Shown: positions 24,998-35,382 of the stretch, in pieces
Position numbering within the stretch: position 1 is the first letter of the stretch
How the letters are laid out: the number at the start of each line of letters is the position of its first letter
DNA from: an uncultured Actinomycetota bacterium
GTDB taxonomy: Bacteria > Actinomycetota > Actinomycetes > Propionibacteriales > Nocardioidaceae
Assembly: GCA_963707475.1 (NCBI GenBank)
Contig: CAVPQC010000005.1
Coordinates: forward strand, 2,772,603 to 2,836,602
Reading direction: 5' to 3'
DNA length: 64,000 bases
Notes under the pieces: generated by a model
The model's database searches: none
Told to the model about the DNA's origin: nothing
The model's input: only the letters and a program-made list of their open reading frames with translations
Position numbers and translations under genes: made by a program

Positions 24998-25165
24998 TCA
25001 GTCCTCGTGGTTCTCGGTGTCCGGCTCGCGCTGGGTGACCTGGTCGTCCTCGGTCGCGTTGCCGGCGGGCATCGCCTCGAGCGCCGCATCGCGCTCGCGC
25101 TCGTGGTCCTCGCTGGCCCCCCGGGTCTCGGGCGCGTCGGACGGACCGTCGTCGCGGGCGGTCAT
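24998..25165 (-). CDS. Small acidic hypothetical protein (55 aa)
   Basis: MTARDDGPSD...; ATGA coupling to the lapA-like gene. Confidence 0.55.
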   Translation of the reverse strand: MTARDDGPSDAPETRGASEDHERERDAALEAMPAGNATEDDQVTQREPDTENHED

Positions 25166-25554
25166 AGCGCGGACCGCTTCACGCGCCGGCGAAGCTGGAT
25201 GATGCGCAGCGAGCCGGCGATCGCGGCGACCACCAGGCCGGTCACCACGGACGCGAGGAGCGCGACCGCCAGCGGCGTCTGGCCCTCCCAGCCGAGGAAG
25301 GCCACCTGCACCTTCTGGGTGTTCTGAGCGATGAAGATGATCAGGAGCACGAGCAGGATCGCGACCACGGCCAGGCCGATCCACACGCCGCTGGTGCGCG
25401 ACCCGCGCAACGGGTCCTCGGGCGTGACCGGCTCAGGCTCACGACCGACCGGAGGGTCCTCGCCCATCGGCGTCGCGTCGGTGGGGTCGGCGTTCGCGGG
25501 CGGCCGGGCCGCGGTCGCGTCCGGGGCAGGTCGCTCCGGCGGGGTGGTCGTCAT
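25162..25554 (-). CDS. LapA-domain membrane protein
   Basis: LLIIFIAQNTQKVQVAFLGWEG; RBS GGAGG. Confidence 0.85.
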   Translation of the reverse strand: MTTTPPERPAPDATAARPPANADPTDATPMGEDPPVGREPEPVTPEDPLRGSRTSGVWIGLAVVAILLVLLIIFIAQNTQKVQVAFLGWEGQTPLAVALLASVVTGLVVAAIAGSLRIIQLRRRVKRSAL

Positions 25555-25630
25555 GCGGGCCTCCGAGAGTCGGGGACGGGCTGACGCCCGTCCGTGAGCA
25601 GGCTACGGGGAGACCCCGTCCGACGGCACC

Positions 25631-25660
25631 CCCACAGGAGGCTCACAGACACATCCCACG
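25631..25660 (+). promoter_or_regulatory. Direct-repeat box (OmpR-family site candidate)
   Basis: CCCACAG-N4-CTCACAG with 11-bp period upstream of the flavinylation operon. Confidence 0.4.
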
Positions 25661-25715
25661 TGGGACCCAGCGGGCGCCCGGAGAGTTGTCATCACCAACG
25701 ACTTCGGGAGCGACC

Positions 25716-25814
25716 GTGACCGACCAGCCCTCCAGCGGAAACCAGTGGGAACCGACCGACGACAGCTCCGGGAGCACCAACGACGGCCTGGTCGGCGGGG
25801 GCGACGACACGTGA
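25716..25814 (+). CDS. 32-aa ORF translationally coupled to the ferric reductase-like gene
   Basis: MTDQPSSGNQWEPTDDSSGSTNDGLVGGGDDT*; RBS GGGAG; GTGA overlap. Confidence 0.45.
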   Translation: MTDQPSSGNQWEPTDDSSGSTNDGLVGGGDDT

Positions 25815-27244
25815 CGACGCTTTCCCAGGGACGCGCCGGGACGACCGTGCAGGGCAGCCCCGACCGGCTCGGCCGCCGCGCCCGCGTCGACGCCGGCGTC
25901 CGGCTGGCGGCCCTCTCCACCCTGTGGCTGTCGCTCCTGCTGGTGACGTACTGGTGGGTGACCGACCGCGGCGTCCAGGACCTGGCCGGCTGGGCCACCG
26001 GGCTGACCTCGGTCGGCCGCCTCAGCGGACTGGTCGCGTCGGTCCTGCTGCTGGCCCAGGTGCGTCTTGATGGCCCGGGTGCCGACGCTGGAGCGCGCGT
26101 TCGGACAGGACCGTCTGGCCAGGCTGCACCGGTTGGTCGGGCTTCACGTCGTTCACACCTGATGGTGTTCCACGTCGTCACCATCACCTGGGGGTACGCC
26201 GCCGGACGGCTCCTGGCGACGCCCGCGATGCTCTGGCAGCTGACCGTCGACTACCCGGGCATGCTGCTGGCTGCCGCCGGGACGATCTGCCTGATCCTGG
26301 TCGTGTTCACCAGCGTCAAGGCGGCCCGGCGCCGGCTGCGCTACGAGTCCTGGCACCTGCTGCACCTCTACGCCTACCTCGGCGTCGGCCTTGCCCTTCC
26401 GCACCAGCTCTGGACGGGCCAGCAGTTCCTCGGGTCCACCGCGAAGACCGTGTTCTGGTGGACCGCCTGGGCACTGGCCGCGGCCGCCGTCCTGGTCTGG
26501 CGGGTCGGCCAGCCGCTGCTGCTCAACCTGCGGCACCGGCTGCGGGTGAGCTCGGTGGTCGACGAGGGCGCCGGGCATCTGGTCGCGTCTACCTCACCGG
26601 TCACCGGCTGGACGAGCTCCGGGTCGAGGCCGGCCAGTTCTTCACCTGGCGCTTCCTGTCCGGTCCCGGCTGGACCCGCGCGAACCCGTACTCGCTCTCC
26701 GCGGCGCCCGACGGGCGCAGCCTGCGGATCACGGTCCAGGGCGTCGGCGACGGCAGCGTCGCGACCCGCGCGCCTCCGGCCCGGCACCCGGGCGCGATCG
26801 TGGAAGGCCCGTACGGCCGGCTCAGCGCCCGCGCCCGCACCCGTCGCAAGGTCGCCCTGATCGGCGCCGGGGTCGGCATCACGCCGCTGCGCGCGCTGGC
26901 CGAGGGCCTCGACGTACGCACCCGGGGAGGCGATCCTGGTCGAGCGCTTCGCCGCCAGCCGCTCTTCGCCCGCGAGCTCGACCAGCTCGCCCGCGAGCGC
27001 GGGCTGCAGGTGCTGCGCCTCCCCGGCCGCCGCCGGCGCCCGGACTCCTGGCTGGGTGACGGGCTGGGCGACGAGATGGCGCGGGTCGACGACCTCGGTG
27101 CCCTGCGGCACTGGGTCCCGGACATCGCCGAGCGCGACGTGTACGTGTGCGGCCCGGAACCGTGGACCGACCTGGTCCGGCGCACCCTCACGGCCGCCGG
27201 CCTCCCCCCTGCCCAGACTCCATCTCGAGACGTTTGCGTGGTGA
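25811..27244 (+). CDS. Ferric reductase-like membrane domain fused to FAD/NAD ferredoxin reductase, frameshifted
   Basis: YESWHLLHLYAY, NPYSLSA, EGPYG, GVGITP, YVCGP. Confidence 0.85.
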
Positions 27245-27248
27245 CCCG

Positions 27249-27776
27249 ATGAGACGCATCGCCCTGTTCGGTGCTGAGCACCCTGTCCACCCTGGTCCTG
27301 CTGTTCGGCTACAGCACCTCCACCTCGGGGCCGCTCGCGACCAGCGCGCCGACCTCCATCCAGTCCGGCCCGATCACCAGCAGCTCCGGGTCGACGTCCG
27401 GGTCGTCCGGGTCCACGTCGTCCGGGTCCGCGCTCATCGGGGTCCACCTCGTCGGGCGGCTCCTCGTCGCGCTCGGGCTCGGGATCGAGCGCCACCGGCA
27501 GCACCGAGGTCACCGGCTCGGTGGCCCAGACCCAGTGGGGTCCGGTGCAGGTCCAGCTGACCGTGACGCGGCGGCACGATCACCAAGGTCACCGTGCTGC
27601 AGTACCCGAGCGGCAACGGCAGGGACCAGGAGATCAACGACTACGCGCTGCCGATCCTGACCCAGGAGACCGTCGACGCGCAGAGCGCCCAGATCGACAT
27701 GGTCAGCGGCGCGACGGTCACCAGCAACGGCTACCTCGAGTCGCTCCAGAGCGCGCTCGACCAGGCGAGGCTGTGA
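27249..27776 (+). CDS. Secreted FMN-binding (flavinylated) protein, frameshifted
   Basis: Ser-rich linker; flavinylation motif DMVSGATVTS. Confidence 0.85.
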
Positions 27777-28569
27777 GCGTGACGCAGGCATCGCCCGGCA
27801 CAGCCGCGGTGCAGCGGCGGGTCGAGCAGGTCATGGGGATGCCGATCAGCCTCGCCCTGCGCGGGCGCCACGCACACGACGAGCGCGGTCGAGGCGGCCT
27901 GGCAGGCGGCGCTGGAGGTCCTGCACGAGGCGGACCGGGTGTTCAGCACCTACCGCGAACGACTCGGTGGTCTCCCGGCTCGGCCGCGACGAGCTCTCGC
28001 CGGAGGAGTGCCCCGACGGAGGTGCGTGAGGTCCTCGCGCTGGGCGAGCACGCCCGTGAGCAGTCCGGCGGCGCCTTCGACGTACGACGTGCCGACCCCG
28101 CCGGCGGGACCGTCCTCGACCCGAGCGGCGTGGTGAAGGGCTGGGCCGTGGATCGCGCGGCCCGCGCCTTCGACGTGCTGCCCGACACCGACGTCTGCCT
28201 CTCGGCCGGCGGCGACCTGGTCTGCCGCACCGGCATGGCCGGGCAGCCCGGGCTGGCGGATCGGGGTCGAGGACCCGCACGACCCGGCCCGGGTCGTCGC
28301 CGTCGTCCCGGTCCGGAACGGAGCGGTGGCCACCTCGGGGCTGGCGCACCGCGGAGCCCACATCGTCGACGCCCGCTCCGGGCGGACACCGGCCGACGTC
28401 GCCTCGGTCACGGTCGTCGGGCCCGACCTGATCTGGGCCGACATCGACGCCACCGCCGCCTTCGCCCTCGGCAGCCGACGCCCTCGACTGGCTACGCGGG
28501 CGCCGGCGTCAGAGCGGACTGGTGGTGTGGGCGGACGGCAGCACGTCGCTGTTCGGCGCCGGGAGCTGA
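27773..28569 (+). CDS. apbE: FAD:protein FMN transferase, frameshifted
   Basis: LDPSGVVKGWAVD, AGGD, VATSG, ADIDATAAF. Confidence 0.85.
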
Positions 28570-28582
28570 AAGAACGGCCTCC

Positions 28583-28711
28583 TCAGGGTGCGTCGTCCGG
28601 GTCCGTCGCGGGACCCTCCTGCACGGCGCCCCCCTCGTCGGCCCACTCGTTACCCTCCGAGTCGTCCAGGGAGGGGTCAGAGGTCGTGTCGTCCCGCCCG
28701 GTGGAGGTCAT
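28583..28711 (-). CDS. 42-aa acidic hypothetical protein
   Basis: MTSTGRDD...NEWADEGGAVQEGPATDPDDAP*; ATGA overlap with the ADH stop. Confidence 0.55.
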   Translation of the reverse strand: MTSTGRDDTTSDPSLDDSEGNEWADEGGAVQEGPATDPDDAP

Positions 28712-29906
28712 GCCGCCGCTCCCGGATCGAAGACCACCTTGACGGTGCCGTCCGGCTTCTTCTGGAAGTTGCGTACGCCGTCGGGGCCTCGGCCAGGCGG
28801 CATCCGGTGGGTGGCGAACTGCTCGGTCGCCGAGCGGGTCGGCGTCGTCGAGCGAGCAGCGGCATGATGTCGTCGACCCAGCGCTTGACGTTGGCCTGGC
28901 CCATCCGCAGCTGGATCTGCTTGTCGAACATCGTCAGCATCGGCATCGGGTCGCTCTGGCCGCCGTACACGCCGATCAGGGAGACCGTGCCGCCACGGCG
29001 CACGGCGTCGATGGCGGTGTAGATGGCCGCCATCCGGTCCAGCGCCGACCTTGCTCATCAGCGGCGCCGTGAGCCGCTTGGGCAGCGCGTTGAAGATCCG
29101 CTGACCCACCTCGGCCACCGGCGAGCCGTGGGCCTCCATGCCGACCGCGTCGATCACCGCGTCGGCGCCCCGGCCGCCGGTGCGCGAACGCACCTCCTCG
29201 GCGACGTCGTCGACAGCGCCCAGGTCGATCACCTCGGCACCACGCGGCGCGCGCGCGGTCGAGCCGCTCGGGCACCAGGTCGACGCGCGATCACCCGGCG
29301 CCCTGGTGCAGCGCGATCCGGGTCGCCATGTCACCGATCGGGCCCAGCCCGAGCACGAGCAGCGTGCCGCCGTCGGGGACGTCGGCGTAGACCACCGACT
29401 GCCACGCCGTCGGCAGCACGTCGGAGAGGAACAGGAACCGCTCGTCCGGCGGGCCCTCGGGCACCTTGATCGGCATGAACTGCGCCTGCGGGACCCGCAG
29501 GTACTCCGCCTGGGCGCCGGGCACCTCGCCGTAGAGCTTGCTGAAGCCGAAGAGCGCGGCGCCCATGCCCTGCTCGCGGACCTGGGTGGTCTCGCACTGG
29601 GTGTGGAGTCCCTGGCTCGCACATCCAGCAGGGGCCGCAGCAGATCTGGAACGGCATCACCACCCGGTCGCCGACCTTCAGGTCACCGACGTCCGGGCCG
29701 ACCTCCTCGACGATGCCCATCGGCTCGTGGCCGAGGACGTCGCCCTCGCCCATGAACGGGCCGAGCGTCTCGTAGAGGTGGAGGTCGGAGCCGCACAGCC
29801 CGCTCGAGGTGATCCGCACGATCGCGTCGTTCGGCTCCTTCAGGATCGGGTCGGGCACCTCCTCGACGCGTACGTCGCGTCGTCCGTGCCAGGTCACTGC
29901 CTTCAT
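28708..29906 (-). CDS. Zn-dependent alcohol/formaldehyde dehydrogenase, frameshifted
   Basis: GLCGSDLH, GHEPMG, CGPCWMC, LSDVLPTAWQ. Confidence 0.9.
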
Positions 29907-29936
29907 CGTCGGCTCCTCACATCGGGAGCCGGTCCG

Positions 29937-29999
29937 GTACCCGGCCCGCCACGCGGCATTCCTGCGCTTTGGAAGTTTGTTCGCACCTGCGTTGGGTAC
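29937..29999. promoter_or_regulatory. Back-to-back SigB/SigF-type promoters
   Basis: Minus strand GAAT-N15-GGGTAC (29961-29937); plus strand GTTT-N15-GGGTAC (29975-29999). Confidence 0.7.
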
Positions 30000-30031
30000 C
30001 TCCGCACGAGTCGACCCACGACGAGGACCAC

Positions 30032-30643
30032 GTGAGCCACAAGGACGTTGCGCGCGAACTGGTGCGGGAGCACGGGCAGACCTACGCGGAGCAGGCAGGG
30101 ATCACGCTGCGCGACAAGCCGTCCCCCCTCTTCCAGCTATTGGTGCTGACGATGCTCAGCTCCGCCCGCATCGCCGCCGACGTCGCTGTGGCCTCGGCGC
30201 GGGAGCTGTTCGCCGCCGGGTGGCGCACACCGGAGAAGCTGCGGGACGCTACCTGGCAGGAACGCGTGGACGCCTTGGTCAGGGGCGGCTACCGCCGATA
30301 CGACGAGAGCACGTCGACGCAGCTGGAAAAGCTGGCGACCCACGTGATCGACGTCCACGGCGGCGACCTGAGGGGTCTTCGGCCGGAGTCGCACGCGGGC
30401 GTGGACGACCTCCTGGCAGCACTGACCGACGTGCCACGGATCGGCGACACCGGCGCCGCCATCTTCTGCCGGGAGGTGCAGGTCGTCTGGCCGGAGGTGA
30501 GCCCCTTCTTCGACAAGCGCGCTCTGGCCTCCGCTCGCGGCCGCGGGCTGCCCGCCGAGCCGGCGGCCCTGGCCGACCTCGCGCCGCGCGGCAAGGTGGC
30601 TGCCCTCGCGACGGCGCTGGTCCGTGCCGAGCTCGACGGCTGA
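30032..30643 (+). CDS. HhH-superfamily 'endonuclease' protein
   Basis: PSPLFQLLVL..LSSARI, GGYRRYDESTS, VPRIGDTGAAIFCREVQ. Confidence 0.8.
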   Translation: MSHKDVARELVREHGQTYAEQAGITLRDKPSPLFQLLVLTMLSSARIAADVAVASARELFAAGWRTPEKLRDATWQERVDALVRGGYRRYDESTSTQLEKLATHVIDVHGGDLRGLRPESHAGVDDLLAALTDVPRIGDTGAAIFCREVQVVWPEVSPFFDKRALASARGRGLPAEPAALADLAPRGKVAALATALVRAELDG

Positions 30644-30671
30644 CTGCCGCTTGCAGGGCCGGACCCGGCCC

Positions 30672-30696
30672 GTTTGTGCTCCGTCGAGCCGGGTAC
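30672..30696 (+). promoter_or_regulatory. SigB/SigF-type promoter
   Basis: GTTT-N15-GGGTAC. Confidence 0.7.
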
Positions 30697-30742
30697 CGGT
30701 CCGGTCCGCGCCGGTTGACCGGCCCGACTCGAGGAGGTTGTG

Positions 30743-31012
30743 ATGCCCGGACGCAAGCCCGGACCGTCTGTCAAGGACGACAAGACGTACGAGGCGCTCC
30801 GCGACGAGGGCGCCAGCAAGGAGAAGGCGGCCCGGATCGCCAACGCGAGCGCCAACAGCTCGAGGTCGGCCGTCGGCCGCAAGGGCGGCGAGGGCGGCAG
30901 CTACGACGACTGGACGAAGGCCCAGCTCGAGAAGCGTGCGCGGGAGATCGGCATCGAGGGCCGGTCCTCGATGTCCAAGAAGCAGCTCATCGACGCCCTG
31001 CGCAACCACTGA
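30743..31012 (+). CDS. Small basic stress protein with Rho N-terminal-like domain
   Basis: YEALRDEGASKEKAARIANA; IEGRSSMSKKQLIDALR. Confidence 0.85.
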   Translation: MPGRKPGPSVKDDKTYEALRDEGASKEKAARIANASANSSRSAVGRKGGEGGSYDDWTKAQLEKRAREIGIEGRSSMSKKQLIDALRNH

Positions 31013-31024
31013 CGCACACGTACC

Positions 31025-31723
31025 TCACACGGAACCGACCCCGGAGCGTGCCAGGGTGAGGTCGTCGACGAGCGTCCGGTAGTCCGCGTCGCGGTCCTGC
31101 GAGCGAAGGACGGCCGCGGGATGCAGCGTGGGCAGCACCCAGTCCGGGAGCGGCGTGGTGTCGGTGGCGCCGGGGAAGTCGACGGGCCAGTCGGCCATCC
31201 GGCCACGCGACTCCCCCACCCGGAACGCAGAACCGAACACCGCCTTACCCGCCGTCCCGCCCAGGAGCACGATGCCGCGTGGTCGCACCACGCTGAGCTC
31301 GGCGACCAGCCACGGACCGCACGCGGCTACGTGCACCCTGCTCGGGGACTGGTGGATCCGCCGCTTGCCGCGCCTGCCCGACCAGCGAAAATGCTTGACG
31401 ACGTTGGTGAGGAACACCGACTCGGGCGGCAGGCCGGCGTCGGCGAGTGCGCGGTCCAGCAGTCGTCCGGCCGGACCCACGAAGGGCTTGCCGGCGCGGT
31501 CCTCGTCGTCACCCGGCTGCTCCCCCACGAGCATCAGCGACGCGTCCTGCGGACCCCGTCCCGGGACCCCGTGGGTGGCGTCACGGTAGAGCTCACAGCC
31601 TTGGCACGCCTCGATTCCGGCGTGCAGACCACCCGGTGACATGTCGTCAGGCACCCACCAGCGCGCACCCGGGCGCTCCGTGCTCGCGTCACGCCGGTAT
31701 GCGTTTTTCCCTGTGGGAGCCAT
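31025..31723 (-). CDS. udgX: UdgX-family uracil-DNA binding glycosylase
   Basis: CQGCELY, GEQPG, VKHF, KRRIH R-loop, HPAAVLR. Confidence 0.9.
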   Translation of the reverse strand: MAPTGKNAYRRDASTERPGARWWVPDDMSPGGLHAGIEACQGCELYRDATHGVPGRGPQDASLMLVGEQPGDDEDRAGKPFVGPAGRLLDRALADAGLPPESVFLTNVVKHFRWSGRRGKRRIHQSPSRVHVAACGPWLVAELSVVRPRGIVLLGGTAGKAVFGSAFRVGESRGRMADWPVDFPGATDTTPLPDWVLPTLHPAAVLRSQDRDADYRTLVDDLTLARSGVGSV

Positions 31724-31732
31724 GGCTGCCGG

Positions 31733-31758
31733 GTACCCACTAGGCGGGTGGCGATGCC
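31733..31758 (-). promoter_or_regulatory. SigB/SigF-type promoter for udgX (near-leaderless)
   Basis: GGCAT-N15-GGGTAC, 9 nt upstream of ATG. Confidence 0.6.
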
Positions 31759-31973
31759 GTTCACCGAGGCGCTGTGTCCCAGGTGCCCGAGATTCACCCG
31801 CACGGGCGTGCCCGGCGGGAGACGGGCTCGTTAGCGTGACGAGCACCGGCCCATGACGATGAGCCGCTGCGGTTACGGGTGACCGCGCCGTCCTTCGGCC
31901 AACGATCCACCGACATCCGCTGGAGCAAACGGCGGTGCGTCCTCTCCCTCGTGACGACGACGGCGGTGCAGCA

Positions 31974-32810
31974 GTGACGACCACGGAACGACCGCCGACC
32001 GGTCCTGCCGGCCGGCTCGCGGAGCACGGACTCACACGTCCCCAGCGCCGGGACCGCACCGACGACCTGCTGCAGCGGTTGCGCGACTGCACCTCCCCCG
32101 AGGAGCGGCACGAGCTCACTGACGAGCTGGTGATGGTCAACCTGGGGGTGGCGGACGCCGTGGTGTCGCCGTACCGGTCGCGCGGCATCCCGACGGAGGA
32201 CCTGCACCAGGTCGCATACATGGCCCTGGTCAAGGCGGCACAGAACTTCGACAGCGCACGAGGGCATGACTTCCTGTCCTACACGGTGCCGACGATCCGG
32301 GGCGAGATCCGCCGCCACTTCCGGGACCACGGGTGGGTGGTGCGCCCGCCCCGGCGCATCCAGGACCTGCAGCGCCTGGTCTCGACCGCCAGTGCGGAGC
32401 TCGCGCGGGACAACGGCAGCGAGCCGACGCCGGACCAGATCGCCGTGCATCTCGGTGTGGCAGAGAGCGACGTCCGCGAGGCGATGGGAGGGGAGGGCTG
32501 CTTCACGCCGGCCTCCCTGGACCATCCTGTCGGTGACGGTGGCACCGCCAGCCTGGGCGACCTGCTCCCGGACGACGACCGTGGCTCCACGGCGGCCGAG
32601 GCCCGGGCGATGCTCGCACCCGTCGTACGAGGGCTGGCCGCGCGTGACCGCAGGATCCTCCGCCTCCGGTTCTTCGACGGCCTGACGCAGCAGGAGATCG
32701 CCGAGGACATCGGGGTCACGCAGATGCAGGTGTCCCGCCTACTGTCGCGCATCTACGCCGACCTGCGTCGTCAGCTGGGTCGTTTGCCGCCGGGATCCTT
32801 GGCGAGCTGA
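31974..32810 (+). CDS. SigB/SigF/SigG-family sigma factor
   Basis: EDLHQVAYMALVKA, TIRGEIRRHFRD, TQQEIAEDIGVTQMQVSRLL. Confidence 0.93.
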   Translation: MTTTERPPTGPAGRLAEHGLTRPQRRDRTDDLLQRLRDCTSPEERHELTDELVMVNLGVADAVVSPYRSRGIPTEDLHQVAYMALVKAAQNFDSARGHDFLSYTVPTIRGEIRRHFRDHGWVVRPPRRIQDLQRLVSTASAELARDNGSEPTPDQIAVHLGVAESDVREAMGGEGCFTPASLDHPVGDGGTASLGDLLPDDDRGSTAAEARAMLAPVVRGLAARDRRILRLRFFDGLTQQEIAEDIGVTQMQVSRLLSRIYADLRRQLGRLPPGSLAS

Positions 32811-32881
32811 GAGTTGCCGCGAATCACCGGCGTTCCGATATTCTCGGAACATCGGTGTCCGCCTTCCGGGAGCACGAATCC

Positions 32882-33577
32882 ATGTCCGCGCGCGACGGCT
32901 CTGCCTCCTACTTCGCCGAGCTCAGCCGTGACCTCTTCGGTGCCCCGCAGGAGGAGACGACGACCGACGCGGTGGTCAGGCGTGCGCTCGAGGTCGTCCC
33001 TTCCTCGCATCATGCGAGCGTGACCATGCGCCGGAATGGGGGCACCCAGACGATCGCGTCCACATCAGAGATGGCGACCGACTGCGACCGGCTCCAGTAC
33101 GAGCTGGGTGAGGGGCCCTGCGTCGACGCGGCGCTCGAACAGGAACCGTTCGTGGCAGGAGACCTCCACAGCGACCGTAGATGGCCGACCTGGGGGCCTC
33201 GCGTCGCCGACTTGGGCGTGCACTCGGTCCTCAGCGTGCAGCTGTCCACCCCGAGCGAGGTGCTGGGTGCCCTCAACCTGTATGCCGAGCGGCGCCAGGC
33301 TTTCGACGGCGACGACGTGGACGCCGCCCTGATCTTCACCACCCACGCTGCCAACGCACTCGGGACCGCTCGGCTGGTCACCGGACTGCAGACGGCCATG
33401 GAGAGCCGGCACCTGATCGGTGTCGCGCAGGGCATCCTGATGCACACCTACGACCTCGACCTCGACCGTTCCTTCGAGCTGCTGCGCCGTTACTCCAGCA
33501 CCACGAACACGAAGCTGCGCGAGGTGGCTCGTCATGTCGTGACCCACGGGTGCTTGCCCAGCACGAGCAGCGACTGA
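32882..33577 (+). CDS. GAF-ANTAR protein 1
   Basis: QYELGEGPC; SRHLIGVAQGILM...FELLRRYS..NTKLREVA. Confidence 0.9.
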   Translation: MSARDGSASYFAELSRDLFGAPQEETTTDAVVRRALEVVPSSHHASVTMRRNGGTQTIASTSEMATDCDRLQYELGEGPCVDAALEQEPFVAGDLHSDRRWPTWGPRVADLGVHSVLSVQLSTPSEVLGALNLYAERRQAFDGDDVDAALIFTTHAANALGTARLVTGLQTAMESRHLIGVAQGILMHTYDLDLDRSFELLRRYSSTTNTKLREVARHVVTHGCLPSTSSD

Positions 33578-33592
33578 GCCGACGGTCTTCCG

Positions 33593-34033
33593 TCAGCGGC
33601 GTCCGCGCTCGCGCGACCCGCTGGCCTCGGCAATCAGGGTGCCGATCGACGTATCGGACAAGGCCAGCGCCAGCGCTGTCTGGGTGACTGTCCCCACCAG
33701 CTGGCCGTGGTCGACCACCGGTAGACGCCGGGTGGCGTGCTCGATCATCAGGCCGAGCGCCTCCTCGGCCGACGCGTCGGCCCGCACGGAGACGGGGGCG
33801 ACCAGTCCGAGGTCGCACACGTGGGTGGTCGTCGGATCTGCACCGTCCGCCATCGCCCCCACGACCAGGTCGCGGTCGGTCACGACCGCGACAAGCGCCC
33901 CCGACTCGTCACAGATCGGGAGCTGGGGCAGGTGACAGTCCCGCAAGGTCTGCGCCACCTCGACCAGGGTGTCCCCCGCGCGGGCGCGCGCGGCCCTGGG
34001 CGACATCGTCTCGCGCGTCGTCACCATCGTCAC
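33593..34033 (-). CDS. CBS-domain protein
   Basis: LPICD..LVAVVTDRDL; RRLPVVD. Confidence 0.82.
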   Translation of the reverse strand: MTMVTTRETMSPRAARARAGDTLVEVAQTLRDCHLPQLPICDESGALVAVVTDRDLVVGAMADGADPTTTHVCDLGLVAPVSVRADASAEEALGLMIEHATRRLPVVDHGQLVGTVTQTALALALSDTSIGTLIAEASGSRERGRR

Positions 34034-34228
34034 GCCCCTTCACTCGTCGCGGAAGCGGAGGCCAGGGCTGGTCGTGATCTCATCCTCGAACTCTGTCGGG
34101 CTGGCGTCGACGATCGTGCGGCTCCGGCATCCTCATCGCCGGTACCCCGGTGAGCCCGTTTCACGCCACCGCAGGGGTGAAACGTCCTGCACAACGCGTG
34201 TCGCGCGTCCGGCGGGGAACGGGTCCCG

Positions 34229-35078
34229 CATGCACTTCCACCTCCGCGCGGCCCGCTCAGCGCCGCCGTACGCGCTTCCCTGTCCACGCCGGACGGCGCC
34301 ACCGTGCTCGTCCCGGATGACGTCGAGGTGCTGGCGGACGACTCCCAGCTCGCGCTGTGGATGCTTCACCACCGGTGTTCGCGCGGATTCGACGGCGTTC
34401 CGTCAGAGCGGGAGCAGGATCTCGACCTGTTCGGGGTGCGCCAGGCGCTCGACGCCGGGTTCGAGCGGGTCGCCGGCGACGTACCTGCTCCGCGAGGCGG
34501 ACGAGGAGCAGATGCTCGGATTCCTGCGTCAGCGAAGCATCCTCGGGCTCAAGGAGTCCGATCCCCAGTCGCTGCTGCTCGCGGTGCTTCCTGGAGGAGC
34601 GAAGGTCGCCCTGGCCGAGTTGCTGTACGACGAGTTCGGCGCCGGCCAGGCTGATCGGCTACACCAGCGGTTGTACGCCGATGCCCTGGGCGCATGTGGC
34701 CTCCACGCGTGGTACGGCGCCTATCTGCCCGAGGCCACCGCGGAAACGCTCGCCACGGACAACATCATGTCGCTCTGCTGCCGTCAGCGCCGTCTGCGAG
34801 GAGCCGCTGCAGGCCACTTCGCCGCGTTCGAGGCCACCAGCGCCATCCCGTCACGCAAGATCGCGGGCGGTATCGAGCGACTCGGCTTCCCACCTGCTGT
34901 TGCGGCGTACTTCCACGAGCACGTCGAGGCCGACTCGGTCCACGAACAGCTGGCAGCCCGCGAGGTCTGCGGACGCCTCGTGACCGACGAGCCCCACCTG
35001 CGCGCAGACGTCCTCTTCGGCGCTGCTGCCTGCCTCTACCTGGACGGGCGGGCGGCCGCGGCCCAGCTCGCGCAGTAG
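34229..35078 (+). pseudogene. Heme-oxygenase-like diiron 'iron-containing redox enzyme', degraded
   Basis: LKESDP, LYDEFG, HFAAFEATS, YFHEHVEADSVHEQ; N-terminal part broken and C-terminus short. Confidence 0.7.
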
Positions 35079-35382
35079 CGCGGTGACGCGTCATGTGGAG
35101 AGCAGGCGTCCTGAACGGTGACAACGGAGTCAGCATCCGACTCTGCCCCAACGCTGCTGGTGCGTGGCGCCGACTCCGTGCGCGACGAGAGAGGAGTGGA
35201 GCATTCGACCACGCGGCACACACAAGGCCCTTCCGGTCCGCTGAGCCTGCCTGATGTGGGCGCCACGTGCGGGATACGCGTGACCTGACCCGAGGCAGGA
35301 CGCATGGCCGGACGCCGATCCGGGTACGGGGCGGGCATGCAGCTTCGGATCCTGCCAGCGGCGGTCCCGACCCTGGCCGGCG

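Noticed and set aside
34142-34166. Additional SigB-type promoter for the CBS gene (and the SRPBCC one at 23914-23942)
   Set aside because: The -10 box is present but the -35 is weak (GCGT) or the spacing is 18 nt, so they were not counted as supported
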